This document shows, piece after piece, positions 7,858 through 16,627 of a DNA stretch of 21,102 nucleotides; position 1 is the stretch's first letter; each line of letters begins with the position of its first letter. The DNA comes from Gemmatimonadota bacterium (GTDB taxonomy: Bacteria; Latescibacterota; UBA2968; UBA8231): contig JAYPJE010000064.1 in the NCBI GenBank assembly GCA_038128265.1, positions 1 to 21,102 of the forward strand. The letters are read 5' to 3'. The position numbers and the translations under genes are program-made. Below the pieces are notes generated by a model. It saw only the letters and a list, made by a program, of their open reading frames with translations. It was not told where the DNA came from and made no database searches.

Positions 7858-8820
7858 TCAACCGGCATCTGCTCCATCTGCTCCGTCGGCGTTCATCGCT
7901 ATGCGAAAGCCTATTGTGTCGCGCGTCGTCACCTCACCTACGCCGTGGCGGTGCGTGCAGCGCAGAACGGCGCGGGTTTCTAAAAAACTGCCGCCGCGCA
8001 CTACGCGCTCCTGACCGCCATCGGGGCCCTTGGGATTGGTTGCCGGACTGTTCTTGTAGTACTCTTCGTCGTAGTAATCCTGACACCACTCGTAGGCATT
8101 GCCCGCCATATCCCACACGCCGTACGGACTGCGCCCCTCGGGATATTCGTTCACCGGCGTCGTCGTGCCCACTGCGCCGTTGCCGTTGCAGCGTTCGCCG
8201 TCCTGAAAGCGCGAGCCCCACGGATAGGGTTCATCCGTCGTGCTACGAGCGGCCTTTTCCCACTCGGCCTCTGTCGGCAGACGCGCGCCGCGCCAGCTGG
8301 CAAACGCCGCGGCGTCCTGCCACGAAACGTTGACGACCGGGTGATTGCCCAGGCCGGCTGGGAAGGTGCCGCGCTGCCAGTGGATGGGAATGCGGTGCCC
8401 CGTGCACTGCGTGAACTCGCGGTACTCCTGGTTGGTCGTCGGGTACAGCGCCATATAGTAGTCCGACAGAAATACCGTATGGGCGGGGCGCTCGCCGCGC
8501 GGACTGTCCTCGTCGCGTCCTCCCATGACAAAGGGGCCGCTGGGAATGTGCACCATGAGCCGCCTATTCGCTCCTGGCAGCGCTTCTTGACGGCGCTCTT
8601 CTAGGCTTGCCATCTCGCTCTCGAGCGCGTCCTGACGGACATTCATCTCTTCGATTTGCTTTTGAGCGGCATCGTAGCGCCGAGCCATATCGATGCGGCG
8701 CATTTCCTGATTGTCAATCTGCTCCTGCAGCTTTTGCGCAGGGCGATTGAATTCCAGCAGTAACACCACGAAGTAGAGACTAAAGCCGCAGGTTAGTAGC
8801 CACCACCACCATTCGCCCAT
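7858..8820 (-). CDS. Membrane-anchored coiled-coil protein with C-terminal FGE-sulfatase (SUMF1/CLec-fold) domain
   Basis: N-terminal hydrophobic segment, then an E/Q/R-rich coiled coil, then 'IPSGPFVMG', 'PVVNVSW.DA', 'RLPTEAEWEKAAR', 'DMAGNAYEW', 'RGGSF' and 'GFR'. Strong AAGGAGG RBS. Confidence 0.9.
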   Translation of the reverse strand: MGEWWWWLLTCGFSLYFVVLLLEFNRPAQKLQEQIDNQEMRRIDMARRYDAAQKQIEEMNVRQDALESEMASLEERRQEALPGANRRLMVHIPSGPFVMGGRDEDSPRGERPAHTVFLSDYYMALYPTTNQEYREFTQCTGHRIPIHWQRGTFPAGLGNHPVVNVSWQDAAAFASWRGARLPTEAEWEKAARSTTDEPYPWGSRFQDGERCNGNGAVGTTTPVNEYPEGRSPYGVWDMAGNAYEWCQDYYDEEYYKNSPATNPKGPDGGQERVVRGGSFLETRAVLRCTHRHGVGEVTTRDTIGFRIAMNADGADGADAG

Positions 8821-8853
8821 AGACTAAACCTCCTTCGCACGTTCCGATGAGGA

Positions 8854-8892
8854 CGTCCTCTGGTTCCTCCGAGGCGAGGCGACCAGAGGACG
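8854..8892. other. Intergenic stem-loop after the gap stop codon (no U-tract; possible mRNA-stabilising or processing hairpin)
   Basis: 11-bp inverted repeat CGTCCTCTGGT (8854-8864) / ACCAGAGGACG (8882-8892), with additional inner CCTC/GAGG pairing. Confidence 0.6.
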
Positions 8893-8905
8893 CGTTCGTC
8901 CGTAT

Positions 8906-9910
<1,005 letters not shown>

Positions 9911-10066
9911 CTATCCTCTCTAAAACAGTGTGGTGAATAAAAAAGAGCCCGTAACAGGGGCGTATTTTCGAAGCTTTACAGCCCGCTGCTATATCCTATA
10001 TTGCTCTGTGACAAACGGGGGTGCGGAGCGAGCGAGCATACTTTTGGGTGCTAATACAATTAGAAT

Positions 10067-10095
10067 ATTGTAATCAAAACATGGCCAAATGGCAA
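10067..10095 (-). promoter_or_regulatory. Putative sigma70-type promoter for gap
   Basis: On the minus strand, TTGCCA (10095-10090) - 17 nt - TACAAT (10072-10067), within the AT-rich divergent intergenic region. Confidence 0.6.
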
Positions 10096-10185
10096 GAGCT
10101 GGGACCGCACACCAATTGCCGTAACTATTTCTTTTACAAGTTCTAACACAGGAATTTATCTGCGAGAACCGGCGGAGAATGCCCC

Positions 10186-11565
10186 ATGCAAGACTTGCTC
10201 AAACGCATAGACGGTCGGGTCGATGAATGCATCGACCAGCTAGCTGATTTTGTCCGCATTCCCAGCATCAGCGCCGGATCCGACGGCGATAGCGGAGCGG
10301 CCATAGAGCAGGCAGCCGATTTCTTGGTAGAACAGTTCGCGGGCATGGATTTTACCGCGCAGAAAGTGCAGGTCAGCGCCGATACCAACCCCCTAGTCCT
10401 CGCGCGCAGCCCCGGCTTCTCGGGCGACCGACCCACCGTCATGGTCTACGGCCACTACGACGTGCAGGGCGTCGACAACCCACGCTCGGCCTGGACCGTA
10501 GATCCCTTTGCCGCCGAGCAGCGCGACGGCTACCTGATTGCGCGCGGCGCCAGCGACAATAAGGGGCCGACCTTCGCACATATTAAAGCAGCTGAGACCA
10601 TTCTACAAACCGGGGCCGACCTGCCGGTCGATTTGCTCTTTGTCATTGAGGGCGAAGAAGAATGCGGCAGCGGCGCGCTAGAGTCCTTTATCAGGACGGG
10701 CGGGCTGGATGAGTACGCGCCCTTTCTCTGCACCGTGATCTCCGACACCAGCATGTACGGTCCCGACCGCCCCTCCCTGACGCTCGGTCTGCGCGGCATA
10801 TCCTACTTTGAGCTGGGCGTGTTCGGCCCCAAGCAGGACGTACACTCGGGGCTGTTCGGCGGCATCGTGCACAACCCCAACGCCGTGCTCGTGCAGGCGC
10901 TAGCCGGCCTCTACGATGCCGAAGGACGCATCGACGTGCCGGGCTTTTACGAGAGCGTAGAGGCGCTTTCGGCGCGCGAAAAACAGCTTTATGAAGCGCT
11001 GGATGCAAACGAAGACGACTACGCGCGCACGCTGGGCGTACCCGCACTGCGCCGCGAAGAAGGCTACTCCCTGCTCGAACAGCGCTGGACGCGCCCGACG
11101 TTAGAAATCAACCACCTGAGCGGCGGCAGTCCGCGCACCGTCATACCCGCCGTGGCGCGCGCAGCCGTCTCTGCCCGCCTGGTCCCCGGACAGGATCCCG
11201 CGCACATAGAAGCGCTGCTGCAGGCGCGCATCCGCGCGCGCATTCCGCAGGGTGCCCGCGTCGAATTCGAGCACGCACACAGTTCGCCAGCCTACTACCT
11301 GGATATCGACCATCCGCTGGTGGCACCGACGCTCAGCGCCATCGGCCAGGGCTTTGGCTGCGAGCCGTCCATTACGCGCGAGGGCGGTTCAATTCCCATC
11401 GTCGTCGACATCGCCGCACATACCGGAGCGCCCGTGCTCCTGGTGGGATTGGGACAGATAACCGATAATTGGCACGGCCCCAACGAGCGCTTTTGCCTGC
11501 GCGACTTCCACCGCGGCATGCGCACATCGGCCCTGCTCTTGCACGAGCTGGGCGCCGTTTCGTAG
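10186..11565 (+). CDS. M20/M25/M40 family metallopeptidase (ArgE/DapE-like dipeptidase)
   Basis: Motifs 'YGHYDVQ', 'ARGASDNKG', 'EGEEECGS', 'GLRG', 'DVHSG', 'GGSIP' and 'HGPNE'. Confidence 0.95.
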   Translation: MQDLLKRIDGRVDECIDQLADFVRIPSISAGSDGDSGAAIEQAADFLVEQFAGMDFTAQKVQVSADTNPLVLARSPGFSGDRPTVMVYGHYDVQGVDNPRSAWTVDPFAAEQRDGYLIARGASDNKGPTFAHIKAAETILQTGADLPVDLLFVIEGEEECGSGALESFIRTGGLDEYAPFLCTVISDTSMYGPDRPSLTLGLRGISYFELGVFGPKQDVHSGLFGGIVHNPNAVLVQALAGLYDAEGRIDVPGFYESVEALSAREKQLYEALDANEDDYARTLGVPALRREEGYSLLEQRWTRPTLEINHLSGGSPRTVIPAVARAAVSARLVPGQDPAHIEALLQARIRARIPQGARVEFEHAHSSPAYYLDIDHPLVAPTLSAIGQGFGCEPSITREGGSIPIVVDIAAHTGAPVLLVGLGQITDNWHGPNERFCLRDFHRGMRTSALLLHELGAVS

Positions 11566-11648
11566 CGTTAGACACCGCGGACGACCGCGCCGCGCCCATG
11601 CAGCTGCGGCATTATTCTATCACCCGCTCATTTGGAGCTATCTACCGC

Positions 11649-12449
11649 ATGGCACTCAGCGAGCAACACGTCTCTCAATTTCAGCAGGAGGGCTACACGG
11701 CCGTCCCGCACTTTTTCGACGCGCGCGAAGTGGCGGCACTGCAAGCCGAAGTGGAGCGCTTTAAGCGCGAAGGACTGGTGCGCAACGTCGCCACCGACGG
11801 CGACGGTCAAACCCCCTCGCAAAACAAGGCGAACCTGCAGCTGATCCCCCTCTACGACAAGAGTGACCTTATTCGCGCCCTGCCCTTTGTGCCGCGCGTA
11901 GGCGAAGCCATTACCCAGCTCATCGGCGCACCGGCGATCCTGCACTTGGACCAAATGTTTCTCAAGCCCGGCCGCCACGGGGCCGGCACCGACTGGCATC
12001 AGGACAACGCCTATTTCAAGGTCGCTGACCCGCTGCGCGGCACGGCTATGTGGATCGCCATCCACGATGCCACCGTCGTCAACGGCACCATTCACGTTGT
12101 GCCGGGCTCGCACCGCGAGCAGTATGAGCACGGCCGCGATCCCAACTCCGATCACCACATCCACTGCTCTGTTCCCGAGGAGCGCGCCGTGCCCATTGAA
12201 CTGGCCGCCGGCGGCGTTGCCTTCTTCTGCTATGGCACCGCCCACTGCACTAAGGCCAACAACACCGACGGCGAGCGCGCCGGCATGGCCTTCCACTTTC
12301 TCCACTGCGACTACGTGCCGGAAGCGCGCATGGCCAGCGAGAAACCGCTGATATCCGGTCCCCAAGCAACGGGAGGGGAACGCGAATACGGCGTGCGGGT
12401 AGACGACGCATGGGACGGCGAAGTGGAGCGCACGCTAGCCCCTGCATGA
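11649..12449 (+). CDS. Phytanoyl-CoA dioxygenase (PhyH) family Fe(II)/2-oxoglutarate oxygenase
   Basis: Start MALSEQHVSQFQQEGY with GGAG upstream. Motifs 'QMFLKP', the triad start 'WHQD', 'PGSH', distal His 'AHCT' and 'ER'. Confidence 0.9.
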   Translation: MALSEQHVSQFQQEGYTAVPHFFDAREVAALQAEVERFKREGLVRNVATDGDGQTPSQNKANLQLIPLYDKSDLIRALPFVPRVGEAITQLIGAPAILHLDQMFLKPGRHGAGTDWHQDNAYFKVADPLRGTAMWIAIHDATVVNGTIHVVPGSHREQYEHGRDPNSDHHIHCSVPEERAVPIELAAGGVAFFCYGTAHCTKANNTDGERAGMAFHFLHCDYVPEARMASEKPLISGPQATGGEREYGVRVDDAWDGEVERTLAPA

Positions 12450-12485
12450 TGCCAACCGGATTCACTCAGTCCAGATAGGAGCTCC

Positions 12486-13550
12486 ATGCCACGAGTACAC
12501 GCCGACGAGCTGCGCCGCATTGGCTACCTGCTGTTTGAGCGGGTGGGCTGTTCGCCCACCGACGCACGCACTGTAGTCGACCACCTGGTCGACTCCTCCC
12601 TCTACGGGCACGATTCGCACGGTCAGATTCGCATCTACGAGTACATCGGCCAAATTCGCGACGGCCTGTTTGATCCCAAGGGCACGCCGCGCATAGAGAG
12701 CGATCGGCCCTGCGCGGCCGTCGTCGATGGCGGCGGCGCGCTGGGACAAATCGGCGGTGCCTTTGCCACCCAATTGGCCATCGATAAGGCGCGCGAGCAC
12801 GGCGTGGCCACCGTTGCGCTGCGCAATACCAGCCACGTGGGCCGCGTCGGCGCCTACCCGCTGCAAATTGCCCGCGCCGGACTCGTGGGGCTCGTATTCT
12901 GTAATGCCGGCCACCTGGGACGGCAGATCGCTCCCTACGGCGGCCTCGACGGAAAGCTCAGCACCAACCCCATCGCCTTTGCCGCACCGCGGCGAGCAGC
13001 CGATCCCATTCTCGTCGATATGACCACCTCCGTTTGCGCCGAGGGCAAAATACGCGTGGCCTCCAACCGCGGCGTGACCCTGCCGGCCGGCTGCATCATA
13101 GACGCTGAGGGCAACCCCTCTACCGATCCGCAGGCCTATTTAGGCGACCCACCCGGAGCTATTTTGCCGCTGGGCGGTCCCGTCGCCTACAAGGGCTACT
13201 GCCTGAGTTTTGTCGTGGAAATTCTGGGCGGGGCACTCAGCGGCCAGGGCTGTGCCGCCGGAGAAACCGTGATGCAGAGCAACGGCCTGTGCATCACGGC
13301 GTACAACGTCGACCACTTTGTCGAGCGCGCATCGTACTTTGACGAGATCGAGTCGCTTATCGCGCACGTGCGCAGCAGCCGCATCGACCCGGCGCTGGGC
13401 GAGATTATGCTGCCCGGCGATCCCGAGTACCGCTCTGCCGAGGAACGCGGCCGCGAGGGCATTCCCATTGACGACACGACCTGGGAGCGCATTCAGCGCG
13501 CCGGCAGCGACCTCGGACTAGAGACGAGCAGCTGGCAGACGCTGAACTGA
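12486..13550 (+). CDS. Ldh_2 family (malate/L-lactate/L-sulfolactate-type) NAD(P)-dependent oxidoreductase
   Basis: Motifs 'GHDSHG', 'VVDG', 'HVGRVG', 'TNPIAF', 'DMTTS', 'KGY.L' and 'PGDPE'. AGGAG RBS. Confidence 0.93.
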   Translation: MPRVHADELRRIGYLLFERVGCSPTDARTVVDHLVDSSLYGHDSHGQIRIYEYIGQIRDGLFDPKGTPRIESDRPCAAVVDGGGALGQIGGAFATQLAIDKAREHGVATVALRNTSHVGRVGAYPLQIARAGLVGLVFCNAGHLGRQIAPYGGLDGKLSTNPIAFAAPRRAADPILVDMTTSVCAEGKIRVASNRGVTLPAGCIIDAEGNPSTDPQAYLGDPPGAILPLGGPVAYKGYCLSFVVEILGGALSGQGCAAGETVMQSNGLCITAYNVDHFVERASYFDEIESLIAHVRSSRIDPALGEIMLPGDPEYRSAEERGREGIPIDDTTWERIQRAGSDLGLETSSWQTLN

Positions 13551-13605
13551 GCCAGCGGCGGGAGCACGGGGAGCATATCAGCTTAACGCTTTGTTTTATA
13601 AGTTT

Positions 13606-14388
13606 TTATGTCCAGCTTTCACATCCCCTAAAGGCCATGTGCTTACCCTCTTGGTAGCGCGGCCGTGGCAGGTATTCATTAATACCCTCGACCGCGTCCC
13701 CGCGCAGTAGGAAAGCGCTTGGCCAAGGCCCTTCGCCCGTGATGCGCGTCGTCGTCGGAATATAGCGAATGGTCAGGCCACAGCGCCGCTGGTCCGAGGT
13801 GTTGGCATTGGAGCCGTGCACGATATTGGGATGGTGCACGGAGACGCCGCCGGCCGGCACGACGATGTCGACGGCACGGTCTTCCTCGACGACCTCGGGG
13901 TCAATGCGCGAAGAGAGCACGTTGGCCTCTTCCGTATGGCGCTTCATCTCGTGCAGCTGCATGTGCTGCGTGCCGGGAATCACCCGCATGCAGCCATTCT
14001 CTGGCAACGAGTCGTCGACTGCCAGCCACAGCGTCACGACTTCCATGGGCTCGAGCGGCCAGTAAGAGCCGTCCTGATGCCAGAGCACCGGCTGGCCGTC
14101 GCCCGGCGGCTTTGATATGTAGTGCGAAGCAAAGAGCGCGATATCGGGGCCGACGTACTGCTCGGCAATATCGAGCAAGCGCTCGTCGCTGATTAGCCGC
14201 ACCCAGAACGGATCGTCCGTCATCAGGTTGTTGTGCAGCTGTTCGGGGCGCAGGTCTGGATTTTTCTGCAGGAGCCAGTCGACGTGGTCGCTGGCCTCTT
14301 GCACCAAGTCTGCGTCGATGACGTTTTCATAGATGGCATAGCCATCGCGATCGTACTGCTCCCTTAATGCGCTGGTCGCTGCACTCAT
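13606..14388 (-). CDS. PhyH family Fe(II)/2-oxoglutarate oxygenase
   Basis: Motifs 'YDRDGY', 'SKPP', 'WHQD', 'WLAVDD...ENGCM.VIPGT', 'VHGS..N.S..RR' and 'IRY'. Confidence 0.93.
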   Translation of the reverse strand: MSAATSALREQYDRDGYAIYENVIDADLVQEASDHVDWLLQKNPDLRPEQLHNNLMTDDPFWVRLISDERLLDIAEQYVGPDIALFASHYISKPPGDGQPVLWHQDGSYWPLEPMEVVTLWLAVDDSLPENGCMRVIPGTQHMQLHEMKRHTEEANVLSSRIDPEVVEEDRAVDIVVPAGGVSVHHPNIVHGSNANTSDQRRCGLTIRYIPTTTRITGEGPWPSAFLLRGDAVEGINEYLPRPRYQEGKHMAFRGCESWT

Positions 14389-14424
14389 GGAATGCGCTCC
14401 TCCGTTAGATGAGAAAACCGCCTT

Positions 14425-14453
14425 AGGTTACTCTTTTTTGCGGGGCGCGTCAA
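14425..14453 (-). promoter_or_regulatory. Putative sigma70-type promoter for the minus-strand PhyH gene
   Basis: On the minus strand, TTGACG (14453-14448) - 17 nt - TAACCT (14430-14425), about 36 nt upstream of ATG 14388, which has a GGAGGA RBS. Confidence 0.55.
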
Positions 14454-14531
14454 AGCGGTCGCGCGGCCCATATCGAGGGGCTGTGCAACGGACGAAGGGG
14501 CCAGCGCATCTTCGAGAAAACAGGAGAGATC

Positions 14532-15320
14532 ATGCTTACGCCAGAAGAACAGTGGTTTTTCGACCATCACGGATTTATTCACCTGCGCGGAGTCGTGCCG
14601 CCAGAGGACATCGCGCGTATGATCGAACTGGCTGACGCCTGGCACGATATGGCGCTGGAAGAGCTGCCGCCACCGCTCACATCCACCTCGCGCAGTGGGC
14701 AACATTCACCGACCATCGCACACTGGATTAACCACGTGCAGTATGGCGATCCCGCGTTTCAGCGGCTCGCCCTCAACAGGGACATTATGCGCGTCATCAT
14801 CGCACTGACGAGGGAAACGCCGTGCTTGGTCGACTGCGCACTGACCAAGAACTACAGCACGTCCGACGACATTGCTTTTCACGCGGCGGGAAAGGACTAC
14901 GGCATTGCAGACGGCTGTCCGCGCGCCGGGTTTTTAAACGCAGGCGTGTCGCTGGTAGACGTGCCGGCCGGCACCGGTTTTGTCTGTTTGCCCGGCAGCC
15001 ACAAGCGCAACTTCGAGCCGCCAACAATCTCCATTTACGACGGGCCGCCAACGGTTATCAACGTGCCCGTCGGCGCCGGCGATGCGGTCATCTTTACCGA
15101 AGCGCTGCTGCACGGCGCGCGCCGCTGGACGCTGGATACGCCGCGCTACACCGTGTTCAATCGCTACATAGACGAGGGATCGCACGGCGCACTGCCCATT
15201 GAATCGCACCGCCATCAAATACCCGACGAGCTGTACGAATTGGAGCAACCCGCCGTGCGCGGCCAGCAGAAAGGCGTAGTGAAGCGCATCATCGACGACC
15301 TGACGACGCGCGCGATGTAG
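14532..15320 (+). CDS. PhyH-like Fe(II)/2-oxoglutarate enzyme with atypical H-x-A triad
   Basis: Motifs 'FFDHHGFIHLRGV', 'LVDV', 'CLPGSHK', 'AGDAVIFTEALLHG' and 'PRYT'. The expected H-x-D position reads F-H-A-A-G. AGGAG RBS. Confidence 0.85.
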   Translation: MLTPEEQWFFDHHGFIHLRGVVPPEDIARMIELADAWHDMALEELPPPLTSTSRSGQHSPTIAHWINHVQYGDPAFQRLALNRDIMRVIIALTRETPCLVDCALTKNYSTSDDIAFHAAGKDYGIADGCPRAGFLNAGVSLVDVPAGTGFVCLPGSHKRNFEPPTISIYDGPPTVINVPVGAGDAVIFTEALLHGARRWTLDTPRYTVFNRYIDEGSHGALPIESHRHQIPDELYELEQPAVRGQQKGVVKRIIDDLTTRAM

Positions 15321-15422
15321 GCAGACGCCCTATTGCCGCCTGCTGCGAGTGTGGGAGGTGGGGGCTGTGCTAGCTGCGGAGAAGCTTCGTGCGCAAGGGC
15401 AACTTTTCGTTCAAGCTCAAGG

Positions 15423-15734
15423 CTATGCAGACGCATCCGCTTGGCCGGAAACCTCATCGACGTCAATATCAATGCCCATTTCGCCCAGCATGTCTTCTAA
15501 TTCGCGGCAATACTGTTCGGCCTTGCGCTGACGCGAAGCCGAGCGGTTGAGCGCCTCGCTAACCCAGCGCGAGATTTGCTCTGCTTCGACGCGCATTTCG
15601 TCCATGCGCTGCACTTCCGTGCGCAGCCCCAACAGGTCCGCACGCATCTTGTTTAGCTTGAATTCCGTTTGGTCGCGCACTGCCAGACAGGCAACCACCA
15701 GCACGATCATCAATGTGAGCAATAAACCCGTCAT
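15423..15734 (-). CDS. Hypothetical small membrane-anchored coiled-coil protein
   Basis: N-terminal hydrophobic helix 'LLLTLMIVLVVACLAV' followed by a heptad-like charged helix. Its start overlaps the stop of the upstream gene by 4 bp (ATGA). Confidence 0.65.
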   Translation of the reverse strand: MTGLLLTLMIVLVVACLAVRDQTEFKLNKMRADLLGLRTEVQRMDEMRVEAEQISRWVSEALNRSASRQRKAEQYCRELEDMLGEMGIDIDVDEVSGQADASA

Positions 15735-16246
15735 TCGCCTTCGTCTTTACGCTCACCGCGCATCATTTGCCCCTGCAGACGCTGTATATTGCGCTTGATA
15801 TTCTCGGCATCGCTTCGCAGCATAGCGATGTGGCTTTCCAACTCATCCCTGTGCTGCAGCACTTCGTGCAGAACCACGCGCGGGTCGACTTTGTCGTCTA
15901 CTAGCACTCGCTTTGCACCCTCGTCTTCCTCTCCCTCTTCTCCTTCTTCCCCCTCTGGATATTGGCTCTCAACCTCGGCTTTCAAGTGCACGACGGCCTC
16001 GTCAATGGTATCGTTAAAACCACTCAACGACCGTATGGAGAATTCAATTTCCTCCAGCGAACCCTCGGCCGCTTTCAGCACCGTCTGGGCGCTGTTGTGT
16101 ATTTTTTCCCGGTGCGATTGGATGCGGCTGCGCAGCGGCTGCTGGCGCAGGCGTATTTGGCCCGCGCGCTTCTGGAACATGATCGACAGCTGGGCCAGGA
16201 TCATGATCAGAGCGAGGCAGCCCAATATCAGTATCCAATCTAACAA
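15731..16246 (-). CDS. Hypothetical membrane-anchored coiled-coil protein with acidic linker
   Basis: N-terminal hydrophobic helix and two coiled-coil segments separated by 'EGEEGEEGEEDEG'. AGGTG/AGGAG RBS-like sequence upstream of a TTG start. Confidence 0.7.
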   Translation of the reverse strand: MLDWILILGCLALIMILAQLSIMFQKRAGQIRLRQQPLRSRIQSHREKIHNSAQTVLKAAEGSLEEIEFSIRSLSGFNDTIDEAVVHLKAEVESQYPEGEEGEEGEEDEGAKRVLVDDKVDPRVVLHEVLQHRDELESHIAMLRSDAENIKRNIQRLQGQMMRGERKDEGE

Positions 16247-16627
16247 CTCACCTACTCCTTTTCGGTTGGCCCATGTGCCGCGCCCATATTCCAGCTAGTC
16301 TACTGCGCACCGTCCGCAAAAGCCGTCGACGCTATCCATAAAAACACTGCGTGCCGATTTTCGCCAGTGCAAATATAGCCATTCCCATGTCCGAAGGGCG
16401 TTGGGCACGCACATTCTGCCCCTGCATAGACGCAAATCCGCCGTCCACTTTAGCTCAGCCCGGCAATGTGGCGAGCGCGTTTATAGATCGGTCCACCGAA
16501 CGCCCCGATCTGTGCACGGTGTTGGAAAATTCCCCTTTGGGACTGAGCCTCACGTCACGGCACTTGCTCCAAGTGCAACTATAGCCCTTTTTTCTCACCT
16601 CACTCCACCCATCGAGTAGAAATCGCC

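Noticed and set aside
7858..8010. FGE/CLec C-terminus as a diversity-generating retroelement variable region
   Set aside because: No template repeat differing at adenines and no reverse transcriptase gene are visible in the window.
4643..8820. FGE-domain gene as the maturation enzyme for the neighbouring sulfatase
   Set aside because: The catalytic Cys pair after RGGS is absent, and the protein has a TM-coiled-coil anchor unlike true FGEs.
11628..12365. 245-aa minus-strand ORF, and similar antisense ORFs at 18109-18723, 19334-19942 and 15789-16298
   Set aside because: These are antisense shadows of better-supported genes, with no family motifs or convincing RBS.
15918..15960. Purine/pyrimidine-skewed simple repeat
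   Set aside because: It is fully explained by the encoded EGEEGEEGEEDEG linker, and the codons vary, so it is not a slippage tract.
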